Source: Antedon mediterranea (lineage: Eukaryota; Animalia; Echinodermata). From it: DNA of 64,000 nt. The notes under the pieces are model-generated. The model was not told the origin of the DNA and made no database searches. It saw nothing but the letters and a program-made list of their open reading frames with translations. Positions within the stretch are counted from its first letter, which is position 1. Each line of letters starts with the position of its first letter. Shown in pieces: positions 11,838-24,900 of this stretch. The stretch is from the NCBI RefSeq assembly GCF_964355755.1, contig NC_092676.1, positions 5,061,888-5,125,887 of the forward strand. Reading direction: 5' to 3'. Position numbers and translations under genes: made by a program.

Positions 11838-12974
11838 ATAAAATAATGTGCCACATTTCATCATTTTTCATTCCTTGTGCTCAGTGTCAACATGCTTTTC
11901 TTGCGTACTTAACATTTTAATTTAAAAGTTATAAATTATATTTTTTCTGATTTTATCATAATTTTCCCCTATTTTCCCACAACTGGTTTTAAGAATTTCT
12001 TACCAATACTCTCGATTTATGAATAAATGTGATTGATTTTGATTGTTATTATTGTGTTGTTTGTATTCGCGTATTAATTTTTTTTTTATTTTCCCGAGAA
12101 TGTTTTGGGCCCGATCGTCTTGTTTGTTGGGCCCGATCGTCTCTGGGCCCGATCGTCTTTCACCCTCGATGGGCCCGATAGTCTCACGATTTGGGCCCGA
12201 TCGTCTTGAAGTGGGCCCGATCGTCTGGGCCCGATCGTCCGTGGTCCCGATCGTCTGATAACCTATATACGTATACACAGCAAAAATCAATCATCACTTA
12301 TTCATTATATAAAAAGGAAGAGTTGTTGCTACATAATTAATTAAAATTAAATTCAGTCACTTATTTTTTTAGTAAAAAATACACAAACAGGATAAGCATG
12401 CACAAAATGACTTTTTGACTCGACAGAAGCTGCATATCTTTATGCGTTTGTTTTAGTGGTGAGTGGTGGCTGATAAAATCAAGGGTATTCTGCATGCTAT
12501 TATGATATGGCATTTAATTCTATTATGATATGGCATTTAATTAATTTGAACATAATTAATATTAATGATTATTATATTATCCAAATTTAGGCCGAGTTAT
12601 TATTAGCGTGTTCGTCATGTCAGTACTGTATATCCGTATATTCATCTCCATTTCCATATCTGTAGTACACTGAGTATTAAGATGAAGTAAATCAGTAATG
12701 AGGTTGCAGGCTTCAGATTTCTAAAGCTCTGTCTAGCACTATCAAACTTTGACAAAAAAAATGTAATGTGCCCATATAAAGACATGATGATGTTATATCA
12801 CTGCCATACTTGGGGATATCACTACCATATTTGGGGATATCACTACCATATTTGGGTACATCACACTTTTTTTGTCGAACTTTGTTCTATAGTATAAACT
12901 ATTATTCATGATATGTCATCATTTCAAATCTAAAGTTTGAATATTTTATATTTTTTGTAGATTGCTGGAAAAAG

Positions 12975-15900
12975 ATGGCTGAAGCATCTAGCAATTTCAT
13001 TCCAGAAGCTGTTAAGAAATATGTGAGGGCAGTGTTGCTGTCTCAAATAGGCGGAGTATCGCTGAAACGATTCCCGTCAGACTATAATAAATTAATAGGT
13101 GAAAACTTCCCAATGCGAAGTTTGGGTTTCAGCTCACTTCTGACATGTATGCAAGCGATGCCAGATGTTGTAAGGTGAGGTTAATACCTTTTGACCTATT
13201 TTTCAAACCATGTACACATGGGCAATGCAGTGGCTAATAGTAATTACGACTATTTGTTATTTTGTGCATATTTCAGTTTAAAAATTGTCTTGTTTATAAA
13301 AATGAAACTTGGATAATAACCTAATTTAAAAATATTTGACCTATGACCTTTGGGGAAAAAAGCAGACTTTTATGCGACTTTATTCTTGAAGTGTTGTTGT
13401 GCTGTAGATTAAAACTTATATTAAATGCAATTGCTATTGTAGGATAATTGGAGATAATTTAGAAACGTGTACTTTGCTCGGTATTGGGGATGAGACATCA
13501 TTTATGAGTGGACCGGCAATTGCTGCACAGTATCCAGTTGCAGGTAAAAATGTAGGAGTCCTACTTCCATATTTGGGAGTCCAACTTACAAATATGGATG
13601 TCCAATATAAAGTCTACTTCCAAATATGGATGTTCTAATCCGAAATATAATGTCTACTTCCAAATATGGCAGTCCTGCTACCAAATATTGAAGTCCTACT
13701 TCCAAATATGGATGTCCTAATCCCAAATATAAAAGTCCTACTACCATATCTTGTAGTCCTACTCTCAAATATGGAAGTCCTACTACCACATATTGAATAT
13801 AATTCCAAATATGGATGTCCTAATCCCAAATATAAAAGTCCTACTACCACATCTTGTAGTCCTACTCCCAAATATGGAAGTCCTACTACCACATATGGAA
13901 TCTAATTCCAAAATATGAGTCTTGCAGTTTTCCAAAATAGTCATACTTCAAACATTAGTGTCCTACTTCCAAAATATAAGTATTTAGTATATGACAATTT
14001 TTTTCAATTATAAAGTTAACTGTATACATAATATTATTTTAAGAGGGAGATATATGCATTTTAATCTTTTATGAAACTATTAAAAAAAAATGTTTTAAAG
14101 AAATATGCACTGTCCCTTTAAAGTCAATATTATTTCATTATGCTTTTTTAGGTACTGAAGAAAAGAGACACAGAAGTCAACGAAAAATGAATAAATCGCA
14201 CAAAAAAGTGTACAAAGGTATTTTAAATTGTAGAAAGTTTCTTCTTTCTATTTTACCAATTTTGGTTAAAATTGAAATGAACCTGGCAACCAGAATGGTA
14301 AATTATTTATTATAGTCCGAACAAAATAACTTTACAACAAACTTTTGATGATTTTATCATACCGTAAATCTTCTAATAGTAACCCATACTCTATTAGTAA
14401 CCCATATACTCTAATAATAGGGAGGTTTCACAACCTTACGAATACGATAACGAAAACGGATACGTCATACATTTGTGAAACTTTTGAGCTGATCCCCATT
14501 TCATATTCGTAAAGCGTATTCGTGTTGACGAATATCACCAGTCATATTCGTAACTACAAAACGAGTATAGTTTTTGATCTATTTTGCACATTTTGCATTT
14601 GAATTAGGAATGATTCATGATTATAATATAATTATAGATTTATTGAAAGTAATTTACTAAAGTAATTTACTAAAATGCCAAGTCAATTTTGATAAATAGC
14701 AGTTTTTAAAGTCCTCACTCGCTTTGATGTTACGCTAGGCCTAGGCAACCAAGCAACACGTACCTGCACTTCGCTCAAATTTACCGCAGTCATATTTTGG
14801 GCGCGCCTCAATATTTCGTTGCCATGCGAAACAGATTTTTTTATGGCTTACGAAAACGAATACGTGTACGTGACGTATCCGTTTTCGTTATCGTATTCGT
14901 AAGATTGCGAAACCTCTCTATTAACCCCCTTTCTAATAGTAACCCCCTTTCTAATAGTAACCCCCCTTCTAATAGTAACCCACCTTCTACTAGTAACCCA
15001 CCTTATAAGTCAATCTATAATATTAACCCATAGGGGTTACTATAAGAGTCACAAAAACTATTGACAAAATGACTGGTCGTTTATGATGCAGCCGTATTTT
15101 GAATAATAAGGAGATAATGCATGTTGATCTCAACCAAATTTGTTTATTCGTACTGTTTTATTATTTTGCTATGAGTTGGGAAAAGTTGGGGGTGGGTAAC
15201 TATTTTCAGGTGCCTAATTTAAAATTAGTAATAGTAACCCACTACTCTAATAGTAACCCCCTTTCTAATAGTAACCCACTCTAATGGTTATGATTTATGG
15301 TATTTCAGAAGAAAGACAGATACCGTAAAAAGAGTAGTACTACTTCAAATACGTACCTACGGTTACGAAAAAAGGTTTTATTGTTTTTGTTTTGTTTTTT
15401 TCAGATGATAAAAATGTAAACAAAAATGTGTCAACTAGAAGTAATTTTGTTTCATCCGATTCAAAGAAATTTCCGAATTTAGTTGCAAATCAGAAAGGAT
15501 TGTATGCTATTGTTGTAAAGGGTATTAAAGATTTAAACACAGCACATGTAAGTAACATAACCTTTGACCCAAAATACCCCTCCCATCGGTGACATGTCCA
15601 AATTAAAGAATCCTGTGTCTGGTATATGAAAACTTATAATAAGAAAAGAATAGACACCAGATGGATGTCTGTTTGTTGTTATTTATTTATACTGGGCGAC
15701 CTCTTCAGTCAAGTACTGGTCTCCCAGAGGGCACAGTACTGATTGATCAGTGGCTGTGATGTACAAGTACACCGGGGCGATCCCCTACTCATCTCAAAAG
15801 ATGTACTAGTTTCTTCAAAGTGCACATGAGCTATATAGTCCTTATCCGAGAAGACTCGTTCTAACACCAGAACCATGGAGCGAGTGAGCCTCAAATCCTT

Positions 15901-18900
15901 GCTGATGTTATGGCTACGGTTTCACTTTCTTAACCGCTCGGCCACTAACCCAGTTATGATTGATCAGTGGCTGAGATGTACAAGTACACCGGTGCAATCC
16001 CCTAATCGTCTCAAAAGATGTACTACTAGGTTCTTTAAAGTGCACATGAGCCAGATGTGTACACTGGACCTACGGTTTATAGAGTCCTTATAGAAGAAGA
16101 CTTGTTCTACCACCAGAACCATGGAGCGAGTGAGCTTCGAATCCTTGCTGATGTTATGGCTACGTTATTACGGTTCCACTGCCCTAACGCTCGGCCACTA
16201 ACTCAGTATGTAGCAGTAGTAACCTCACACTGTAGGCTAAGTGACTACAGTATGTGTTCAGTGAAGTGAATGCTAACCAGTGAGGTAAAGCCGAAGGCTA
16301 GAGGGCGTACTCCAGACTGAAAAGTGATTCCAACAGGAGGGGAACCAACAAGATGCCGTAAATGTGTTCAAAAACAATATAAAAAATAATAATCTAATAT
16401 AATACATTAAGACCACATAAATTACAACACATATTCTTGTTAAAGCACAGTGAAGTTGTTATAAAATGAAATATAATTATTGTTAATCATATTAGAATGA
16501 ATAATTTCTTGGTAATCTAGCATTTTTTGTATACGAGGATCATATAGAATGCGTTCACGTTTATACGCTTATCGTTCTCACGCAGATAGGCTCAACACAG
16601 GCGTAGTAATGCGTACTTCGTAGGGCAAATCTGATTGGTCGATTTCAGCCCCCATTTTGTTGGGTCCCTCTCCATGGAGAATCACTTTTTTAACTGCGAT
16701 AACACTGTAGAATGCCATCCACCCTTCGGCTATTACAAATCACTGATGCTAACAAACTAATACAAAAAATCCAGTAATTGTTGTGTTTTTTTTAAGGAGG
16801 TTTACAGGTTATTTTCGACTGAAGCTCTAATTGTTAGTCAAAGTGCATGCAGCAGGTAATAGTTTTGTTTGTATTATATTTTGTTTACCATTGCAAATTG
16901 CAAGTTTGCCAAGAAACTGCAAATAATCAAATAACTGGAAGTTTAAAACTCCAATTGTATATGATCAAAATAATGTGATGCGTGCCCATATATGGACATG
17001 ATAATGTCATATCACTACCATATTTAAGCATATCACTACCATATCACTACAATTTATGATTTTCTATTTAAATGTTAAAAATGTTAAATGTATTATTTCT
17101 GGTCCTCAAGTTTAACTGGAAACTGAGGAAATTAGGATTAGGCCCTCCACGGACCCACAGCAGTCAGCAGTGCAGCGCCTACCAGATCAGCACACCGGGA
17201 GACGATCCCTATTTTCACAAAATCTCATCTAAAAAAAATTTGTCCCACAAGGTCAAATCCTAGGTCAAATGGAATAGAATAAGTTTTACATCTTTTAAAT
17301 AGTTCTATCTCAAAAGTAAATAGAAGATTTGGATAGCTTTAACAATTAGCTTTCCAAAGATACCTGTCACAACAAAATCGGTCCACACGTTACGGAGATA
17401 CGGTCATTTAAGTATAGCTCGCCGCGCCGATTATGCGCAAAATTACGAAGAAACGACGACGCGTAGCGCGCGAACCGTTGGTCGTATGGCGCTCAAATTA
17501 AAAATTTCAGGTTTTTTGGCTAAAAATAACCCAAAAACCAAATTTGAGCAAATTTGAAGAAAGTAGGGTTTAAAATGTCATTTTTTTTTGGTGATTTGGT
17601 ATGGAATGACCCTGCACTGTTAAGTACACAGGACCAACGGCTTTACATCCCATCCGAAGGACGAGGCAATGAGAGTAAAGCAACTTGCCTAAAGGATGCA
17701 ATCAGTATTTTACAGATAACCTCAAACCCATGCCTATCACATGCTAGTGTGATAGATATTATCATTACACCATCACTCTCTGGTGTATATACTGCACCCG
17801 CCGCTATTTCTAGACGGTCTCCCATCCAGAACGCAACCGGGCCCAGCGTTGCTTAACTTCGGTAATCTGACTAGAACCGGTGTTTCAACGCAGTATGGCT
17901 ATGTATATAAAATAAATAAATATATTTAATAAATATTGATATTAAAAATGTTTATTGCTTTTATCAAACTTTAATAATTACACATAAAAAAAAAAAAAAG
18001 GAACTGTGTAACTTCCCAATTGTTGGAAAAAATGTGTTAAAATAATTGATTGTCAGTAAAATTGTGTTATTAAAATTTATTTAAAAAAAATCCCTTTTTA
18101 TTAATTGGTTATCTTTAATGTCTTTGTACTCTATCAAACTAGTCTGACAAAAAAAGTGTGATGTGCCCAAATATGGTAGTCATATTCCCAAATATGGTAG
18201 TGATATATTCCCAAATATGGTAGTGATATGACATCATCATGTCCATAAATGGGCACATCACATAGAGTTTTGGTATTCTCTATTTCAGGCTCTATTTTTA
18301 TCGATTTGCATCCATTGTGGAAGCTGAAAAAATTATAACTAAATATGACGGAAGTTCTGTGATTGGAACAACAATAAGAGTAAGCCCAGCAGAAGAAAAG
18401 TGTAAGACTGTAACCTCAATAGTTATATTAAAAAATGTTTTATTATTATTATTATTACATTTCTTTACCCAGGGTAGCCCAAACAGTTTTAAACTGACTT
18501 TCATTGGGGCCCTGTATATAACATTATACATTGTAACAAACTCAGCAGAGACTAAGTTATTAATAAATACATCAAATAATAATGTGAAAACGCTTAAGGC
18601 TAACTCAGACAGTGTCGTACGACGAGTCGCTTTGTCGGGAGAAAATTAAACATGTTTAAAGTTCTTGTGTCGAGCTAAAAACTATGCTCGACGCTATCTC
18701 AAGCTGACTCGTCTCGTCGGGATTCAACTCGGACAGTACCGACGAGTCAAGACGTTTCGTCGGGCCTCGTCGTACGACGCTATCATAGTTGGCCTTTACA
18801 TGTATAAATGTGTTGGTATTTTCAATTGTTATAATATAATAAATTCAATCAATTTAATGTATAGTAATAGTGTATTTAAAAAGTTTCAATTTGTATTTAT

Positions 18901-21900
18901 AATTTGTGGTTGAAAGATATTTTTTGGTAATATTTAGTTAGAACGAAAAATATCACTACGAATGCTTCAAAACCTGATTCACAGAGCATTGATGAAAATT
19001 TACAAAATGGCGAGAATGAAAAGAAGCCAGGTAAGAAAATTTGACATTATTATAACACACACGGTATAAATTTGGAATCTATGTTCTGGGTTGACCAACT
19101 AGCATAGGTGTTTAGCACCTGTTTGGTCTTTCCGTGCCTCCTTTTATAATTGTTTTGTCTTCTGTTTATGGCAGAAATTGAATAAATAAAAATAAAAAAA
19201 ATAAAAAATGTATTCCTTATCATCATTTATACACAATGCAGAACGGACGGGAGGTTTCCGCTCAGAATAGATACAAATGTATACATGGGACAAGCTAAGC
19301 GGTTTTCCCATCACCGTTACCGCTCGTAAATTGGCCTTCTTTACATTTAAAGTTTATCTTTTTGTAAATCTGTTGAAACTTTTTGCCGAGGCTTTTAACG
19401 CGGCTTTTAACGCATGTAGTGCAAACTGCCTTTTTAATATTTTTAACGATTCAAGACAATAACTGAATAAAAGTTTAGTTAGTAACCGTAGGTGTATTGT
19501 AATGAATTTTTTGTATTTGTTAAATGGTAACAATATGTCTTGTTAAATAGAGCTTTCAATTTTTGAACTCGTGAAATATTCTCACCATCCACTCATAAAC
19601 ATTATCATTATTTGTACACTATTCAACCAATTCCTCTAATCACATCACAATTAATTTGTGACTGAAAGATATTTTTTTGAATATTTTAGACAAAACAAAA
19701 AATATAACTGCGAGTTCTTCAAGTTCTTTAAGACCTAGTTCACAGAGTCTTGATGAAAAGTTTCAAAATGGCGGAAAAGAAAAGAGGCCAGGTAAGGAAA
19801 GTGAAGTTTATATTACATTACTATTTCACAGCTGCTTATTAAGTTCATTAAGGGATAGCTGTGTATTCCTATTACTACAGTATATTACATAGCCTATGTA
19901 AATACGCGAACGTGATTGGTTGAAACTGCATCACATGACTACCGCTGCGAGGATCGTAAATCGTATATATCCTCGAGAACGATGATATTGACTGTGTAAT
20001 TTTCGCGTAATAATCGTGTCCCCTGTCATTAATCATATAAATTCTCGAGTACGATGATATTGACTGTGTAATTTTCGTGTGCAACACTCGAGTTTGCCGA
20101 TAAATAAACAAAAGTCATCTACTCGATCTTGAACTCGGGTGGAATTGTCACTCCATCGCAAGACGACGTTTCATCCGCTGGGCCACGGAATTTGCTTGAA
20201 GAAATTAATCTTCTAAACTATTTAAGCTATGCATACATAGCGCCCTCATTTGTTATAAGTCCACCCTAAATGTGATGAAACACCGTTTATGATTGGTCAA
20301 AACTCACGGTAGTAACCTAGTAACTAGTACGCGCTGAACATCCGGTGATTCGGCTCCTCGAAGATCGAGAAGACGACGAATTGTTTATTCGGCCTACCTG
20401 ATTATAATATTATTATTAATAGGCTTATTGATGGAAATTCTTCTGTTAATTTAAACGACCTAGGCCTAAGTGAATATTTTATTGCCAAGGAATCATTAAT
20501 TAGTAATTATCTGTATATTATTCTTCGCAAGGTAAGGTGTCTAGGCAGGCTTGTTTTAAATACAATACAAATACTATAAGGAGGCCTAGCTAGCCTAGCT
20601 TCACCCAACCCAGCAGACTTGTTCTTGGCTATATAATATAACAGATATTGCCTTTTATATCGGTTAAATATAAGATTTGACATCCCCTCGGGAATGATAT
20701 TAAGTTCTCGGAGAATATATATTTCCCTCAGCTGGCGCTTTGGGAAATATATATTCCCTCGAACTTAATATCATTCCCTCGGGGATGTCAAATCTTATAT
20801 TTAACCTCTAAGCAGTCAATATCTGTATAATATTGCATTCTGAGATGACATCATGATGTTGTACTATAAGCCACTTTTGTTTCGCGTTAGCGACCGGACA
20901 GGACAACAAACACAGATAAACCATCCTTGGTTGGAAATGTCATTTATTATAATGACGAATATTTAAACGTGTATATTGGTAAAACATAGATGACATTATA
21001 TTAACACAAATCACTTATAGTCTAAAACTTAATTATATTACATAATATAAAATGGGTTACGCCCTATACGTTATGTCATCTGAAACCATAAATAAAATAC
21101 TGCATAACGGTTATCAGTAATCAAACTATTTTAAAACAAAGTATAAATCAAAGTATAAACTCTACTTACTAAACAATACTTAATATTAGGTTAACAAATT
21201 TGACTTAAGCATCAAATATATACATCTATAAATCTACTTGAGTCTGATTAAAATACAATCAAATATGAAATTGGCTGTAGATAAGACATGAGTCTGGGTG
21301 TCAGCGCCAAAAACCCAGCCTTGGATGGGTTCCCACCCAGACCAAACAAAAACCATGAACCTGACCCTTATGAACTGAACGATGAAATACGAAAACATGA
21401 GATTTCCATCTCCCAAATTGTTGAATGATGCTATCTGACATGCCTAATCATATCATATCGACTGCAGTCGACCATCAATCAGACATCAGCATAGCTAGAT
21501 TTCCAAGTTTTGCGGTCCTCCATGACACAAGCAAGTTCAGATGTATTTCCTAAGCTGGTATCCTCAAGAAGGACCTTGATGTATGTTTTGTTTCGTGCAC
21601 CTGATGATCCATGTTTGGGTTCCCAGAGCAGAAATCTGCTTGCTGCTTCTTCTGTGTGACGATAAAAATGGCCGGCAGCACTCAATCTGCGGTGTCTTAT
21701 TTTAAAGGTGACTTTTGGAATGTCGCCATACAGCTCCGTGTTTGGTATTTTGTCCATCCAACTGATATTTAGTGCTGCTCTGAGTAATCTGGTGTAGCAT
21801 CCGTCCAAACTTTTTTCCAATTGTTTGTCAATGTCCATGTTTCTGAACCATAAAGAAGTACTGGTTCGACCAGTGTATGGAAGATGTGTAGGTAAGTCAG

Positions 21901-24900
21901 ATTTCCAGATATTTTGCCGTTTATTGATGGATTTCCAATCAAGTCCCTTTCTGACATGAATATCCTGGCTTGTCGATGCAATCCATGCACCAAGATATTT
22001 AAAGTCATGGACTAGTTGAAGTTTACTGCCATTCAGGGTGGATTCTGGTACATCAGATGACTGGTTGAAACTCATATACTGGGTTTTTTTTGGCGTTAAT
22101 ATGAAGCCCAATCCTTGCTGCTTGTCTTTCCAAGGCTAACAGAAGTTCCTGAGCTTGATCCATTTTATCAGATAGTTGTGCTAAGTCATCTGCAAATCCA
22201 AGGTCTGTTATAGTTTGTTTGTTAATTCTCCTAGACTTTATTGGTGTGATGGTAAATCCAAGATCTTGAGCCTTGTCCTCTGGTATGGCTTGGCGGAGAC
22301 AGTGGTCTAGAACAGTGATGAACAGGAAAGGAGCAAGTGTGTCACCCTGTAGCACACCTGCCTGGATATCAAATACTTCTGTTTGAATCTGGAGAGATGA
22401 CCTTGGCCCTAGTGGTGTTATACATGTTGCTGATGGTTGAGACAATCTTCTCTGGGATACCATAAGATGCCAGTATTTTACACATTTTAAATCTGTGAAT
22501 GCTGTCAAAGGCCTTACGAAAGTCGACAAAGGTCACAACTGCAGGTATAGTTTCCGGGCTTGAACCCCTTCTAGAAGGTGACGAAGAGCCAGAATTTGAC
22601 CAGCCGTTCCTCTTCCTGTCTGAAGCTATTTTGGTTGGAAGAGAATCTATATGGTCTCTAATACGATTTAATATCATTCAGTTGAAGGTCTTGCTGATGA
22701 TGGATGTTAAGCTGCTTCCTCTATAGTTTTCTGGATTACTTCGGTTGCCAGACTTTGGTATTGGGGTTATGTTGGTAATATTCCAGAGCTCTTGTCTCAT
22801 GCCTAATGACGCAGCATGTGTTGCTACCCCAATACGAAAACTGTGGCCCTTGTAATGGTTCGGATTCAACCCAATAAACGACACTGCCGCTCTGAGCAGG
22901 CACGCTACAAATTGTTGTGTAACCGCCTTGCAATCAAGGTGCTGAAAGGGACCTGTGGACTGTTAGCAATGTGCAAGGTAGTTGTTTAGTGCGCCCTGTG
23001 GGCAGTACTTTTCCTTAAAGACCCCTTCCCTGCAATTTTGGACGTTTTTTGGAAAATAATACATATATATCACTTTAAAAACATTAAACCATGTCATTCC
23101 TTGTCTTAAATGTACGTTTTATGGTAAATTATGATAAAAAGTGAGAAACAATGCACTACCTAAGTAGCTCGCGGCGATCGACCTCTCGTGGATGGTCTTA
23201 GGCCTAGCCTGGCTAGGCTTAGTTTTTTAGGCCTAGCTGGTAAACATCGGTAACGTACGAACATCGTACGCTAGCTATATACCTAGCCTGACGTTGTATA
23301 GTTGCTGCATTAATTGTCTTTCTATTTTTGCCAGACTCCGTTGATACAAATTGGGGAAAACCCGATATTTTCGCTGAAAAGTTAGGAGTCTTCCATTTGT
23401 TTTGGCCTCACGATCGATCGAAAAGTGGGCGAATTACAGGTGAAAAACAAAAATATCAATCCGCGCGCAATGCATTTTGGGATTTATAGCGGGCCGCTAT
23501 AATTATTAAAATCGACTTATTTTTCACATTTTTAACCGTTTAAAGACGAAAAAAGTTATCGCAATAGGACCATATAGTATTATTTTTACATTAAATATAG
23601 TTTGTGATCTTAAATTAGATCTAAAAAACGTAGGGAATGGGGCTTTAACCCATGGTGCAAATGATACCGAAACGGGTGTTTTCCAACTCCAGTTTTGTGG
23701 TGCCGTATTATAATTAGGCCCCTGTTTCGTTCAGAGTTAAACCGTTGCGCTGTACTACGTGCGAATCTTTGGCTTTTGATGCAAATTCTCCGAGCCGAAA
23801 AAAAAAAAAACCTGAAACGCTGTAAGAAATAATTTTTCAAGTAACAACGATGGGTTAGTAATGGTTCTATAAACTGCAATGCATCGAGTAGCCTAATCAA
23901 GATCCCTTTTGTTATGGGAAGCCAAGAGTCCACTTTGGCCGCCCTACAATGAATTCCGCAGGTAATTTTTTGAACGAGGAAAAACCCACTAAGATCCGGT
24001 AGGCCCACTAACTTGTGTACGAACGAGATTGCCGACATATCTGAGGAAATGGTTCCTTGTGCCAGACCTTTGTCACATAAATGAGACAGGAAATTACAAA
24101 TTGTACCTACATCAAGTGATAAGGGCACTCGTTTTCCTGACCAGGATGCCAACAGTTGCAGACTACCTCTGTAAGCCTTTCTGGTGGATGGTGCGAGGGA
24201 CGATTCGATTAAGGTTTCAGAGCGGGATTGGCTGCTCCTTGCTGTAGGTCTATGGAGAAGCCTGTAAAATAAACTATACAAAATTTGTACACTATTCAAC
24301 CAATTCCTATAATCACATCACAATTAATTTGTGACTGAATAATATTTTTTTTAAATTATTTTAGACAGAACAAAAAATACCACTGAGAGTTCTTCAAGAC
24401 CTAGTTCACAGAGTGTTGATGAAAAGTTTCAAAATGGCGAGAAAGAAAAGAGGCCAGGTAAGAAAATTTAAGTTTATATTACATTACTATTTCTGCTGCT
24501 TATCATTCATTAAAAAGGATAGCTGTGTATTCCTATTACTACAGTATATTGTATTCTGAGACGACATCATATGATCTTGTACTAAGCCACCTTTAATTCG
24601 TTAATTTATACGAATTTATTTTTTATTGACTCATCCGAAGCAAAATAATGAATTGAATAACTGATTGATGTTTATCTAGTGAAGACACTAGATCTGCAAT
24701 TTGTTGAAAGTTCTCTCAGTCATAGGAAGACCTGATATTTTTGCTGAAAAGTTACCGTTCTTTTATTTGTTTAGCCTTTCACGCAATCGGTCGAAGTGGG
24801 TGCATTACATCACAATATGAAAATATCAATCCGCGCGCAATGCATCTGGGGATTTATAGCGGGCCGCTAAAATTATTAGAATTGATTTATTTGCTATTTT

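Larger units (their letters stand above)
10542..12263. mobile_element. Non-autonomous TIR element (GG...CC termini, subterminal GGGCCCGATCGTC repeats, 8-bp TSD)
   Basis: Left GGGGAACAGACGATCGGGACCACGGACGAT, right ATCGTCCGTGGTCCCGATCGTCTGATAACC; TSD TATATACG at 10534-10541 and 12264-12271; about 8 gggcccgatcgtc units at 12105-12257. Confidence 0.85.
20878..24270 (-). mobile_element. Decayed DIRS/Ngaro-type tyrosine-recombinase element, interrupted by two younger insertions
   Basis: YR fragments in order on the minus strand: LIESSLAPSTRKAYR...MSAISFVHKL...LPIT (23650-24270); KYCPQGALNNYL...YKGHSFRIGVATHAASLGM (22798-23014); SDSIIQQFGRWKS (21390-21440). An AATAAA-containing terminal segment lies near 20880-20950. 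Confidence 0.85.

Noticed and set aside
12000-12290. ORFs with TIGP repeats
   Set aside because: They derive from the subterminal gggcccgatcgtc repeats of the TIR element.
13586-13905. ORFs with repeating VVGLPYL/GSRTSIF units
   Set aside because: Translation of an intronic 21-bp degenerate repeat.
14797-15033. Duplicated small ORF (also 31584-31805)
   Set aside because: It lies in the right TIR region of a non-coding MITE; the duplication reflects the element.
15309-15352. Possible extra LOTUS-gene exon (ttcag|aagaaagacag...)
   Set aside because: In the required phase it reads EERQIP then stop; the frame is continuous without it.
17190-17612. DNA-transposon-like remnant ending gtgatttggtatggaatgaccc
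   Set aside because: Only one putative terminus is visible, with no matching TIR or TSD, so it is not listed as a feature.
17790-17900. Functional 5S rRNA genes (also at 26.9 kb and 50.6 kb)
   Set aside because: Multiple substitutions and indels, isolated intronic positions, and a shared SINE-like body on two of them.
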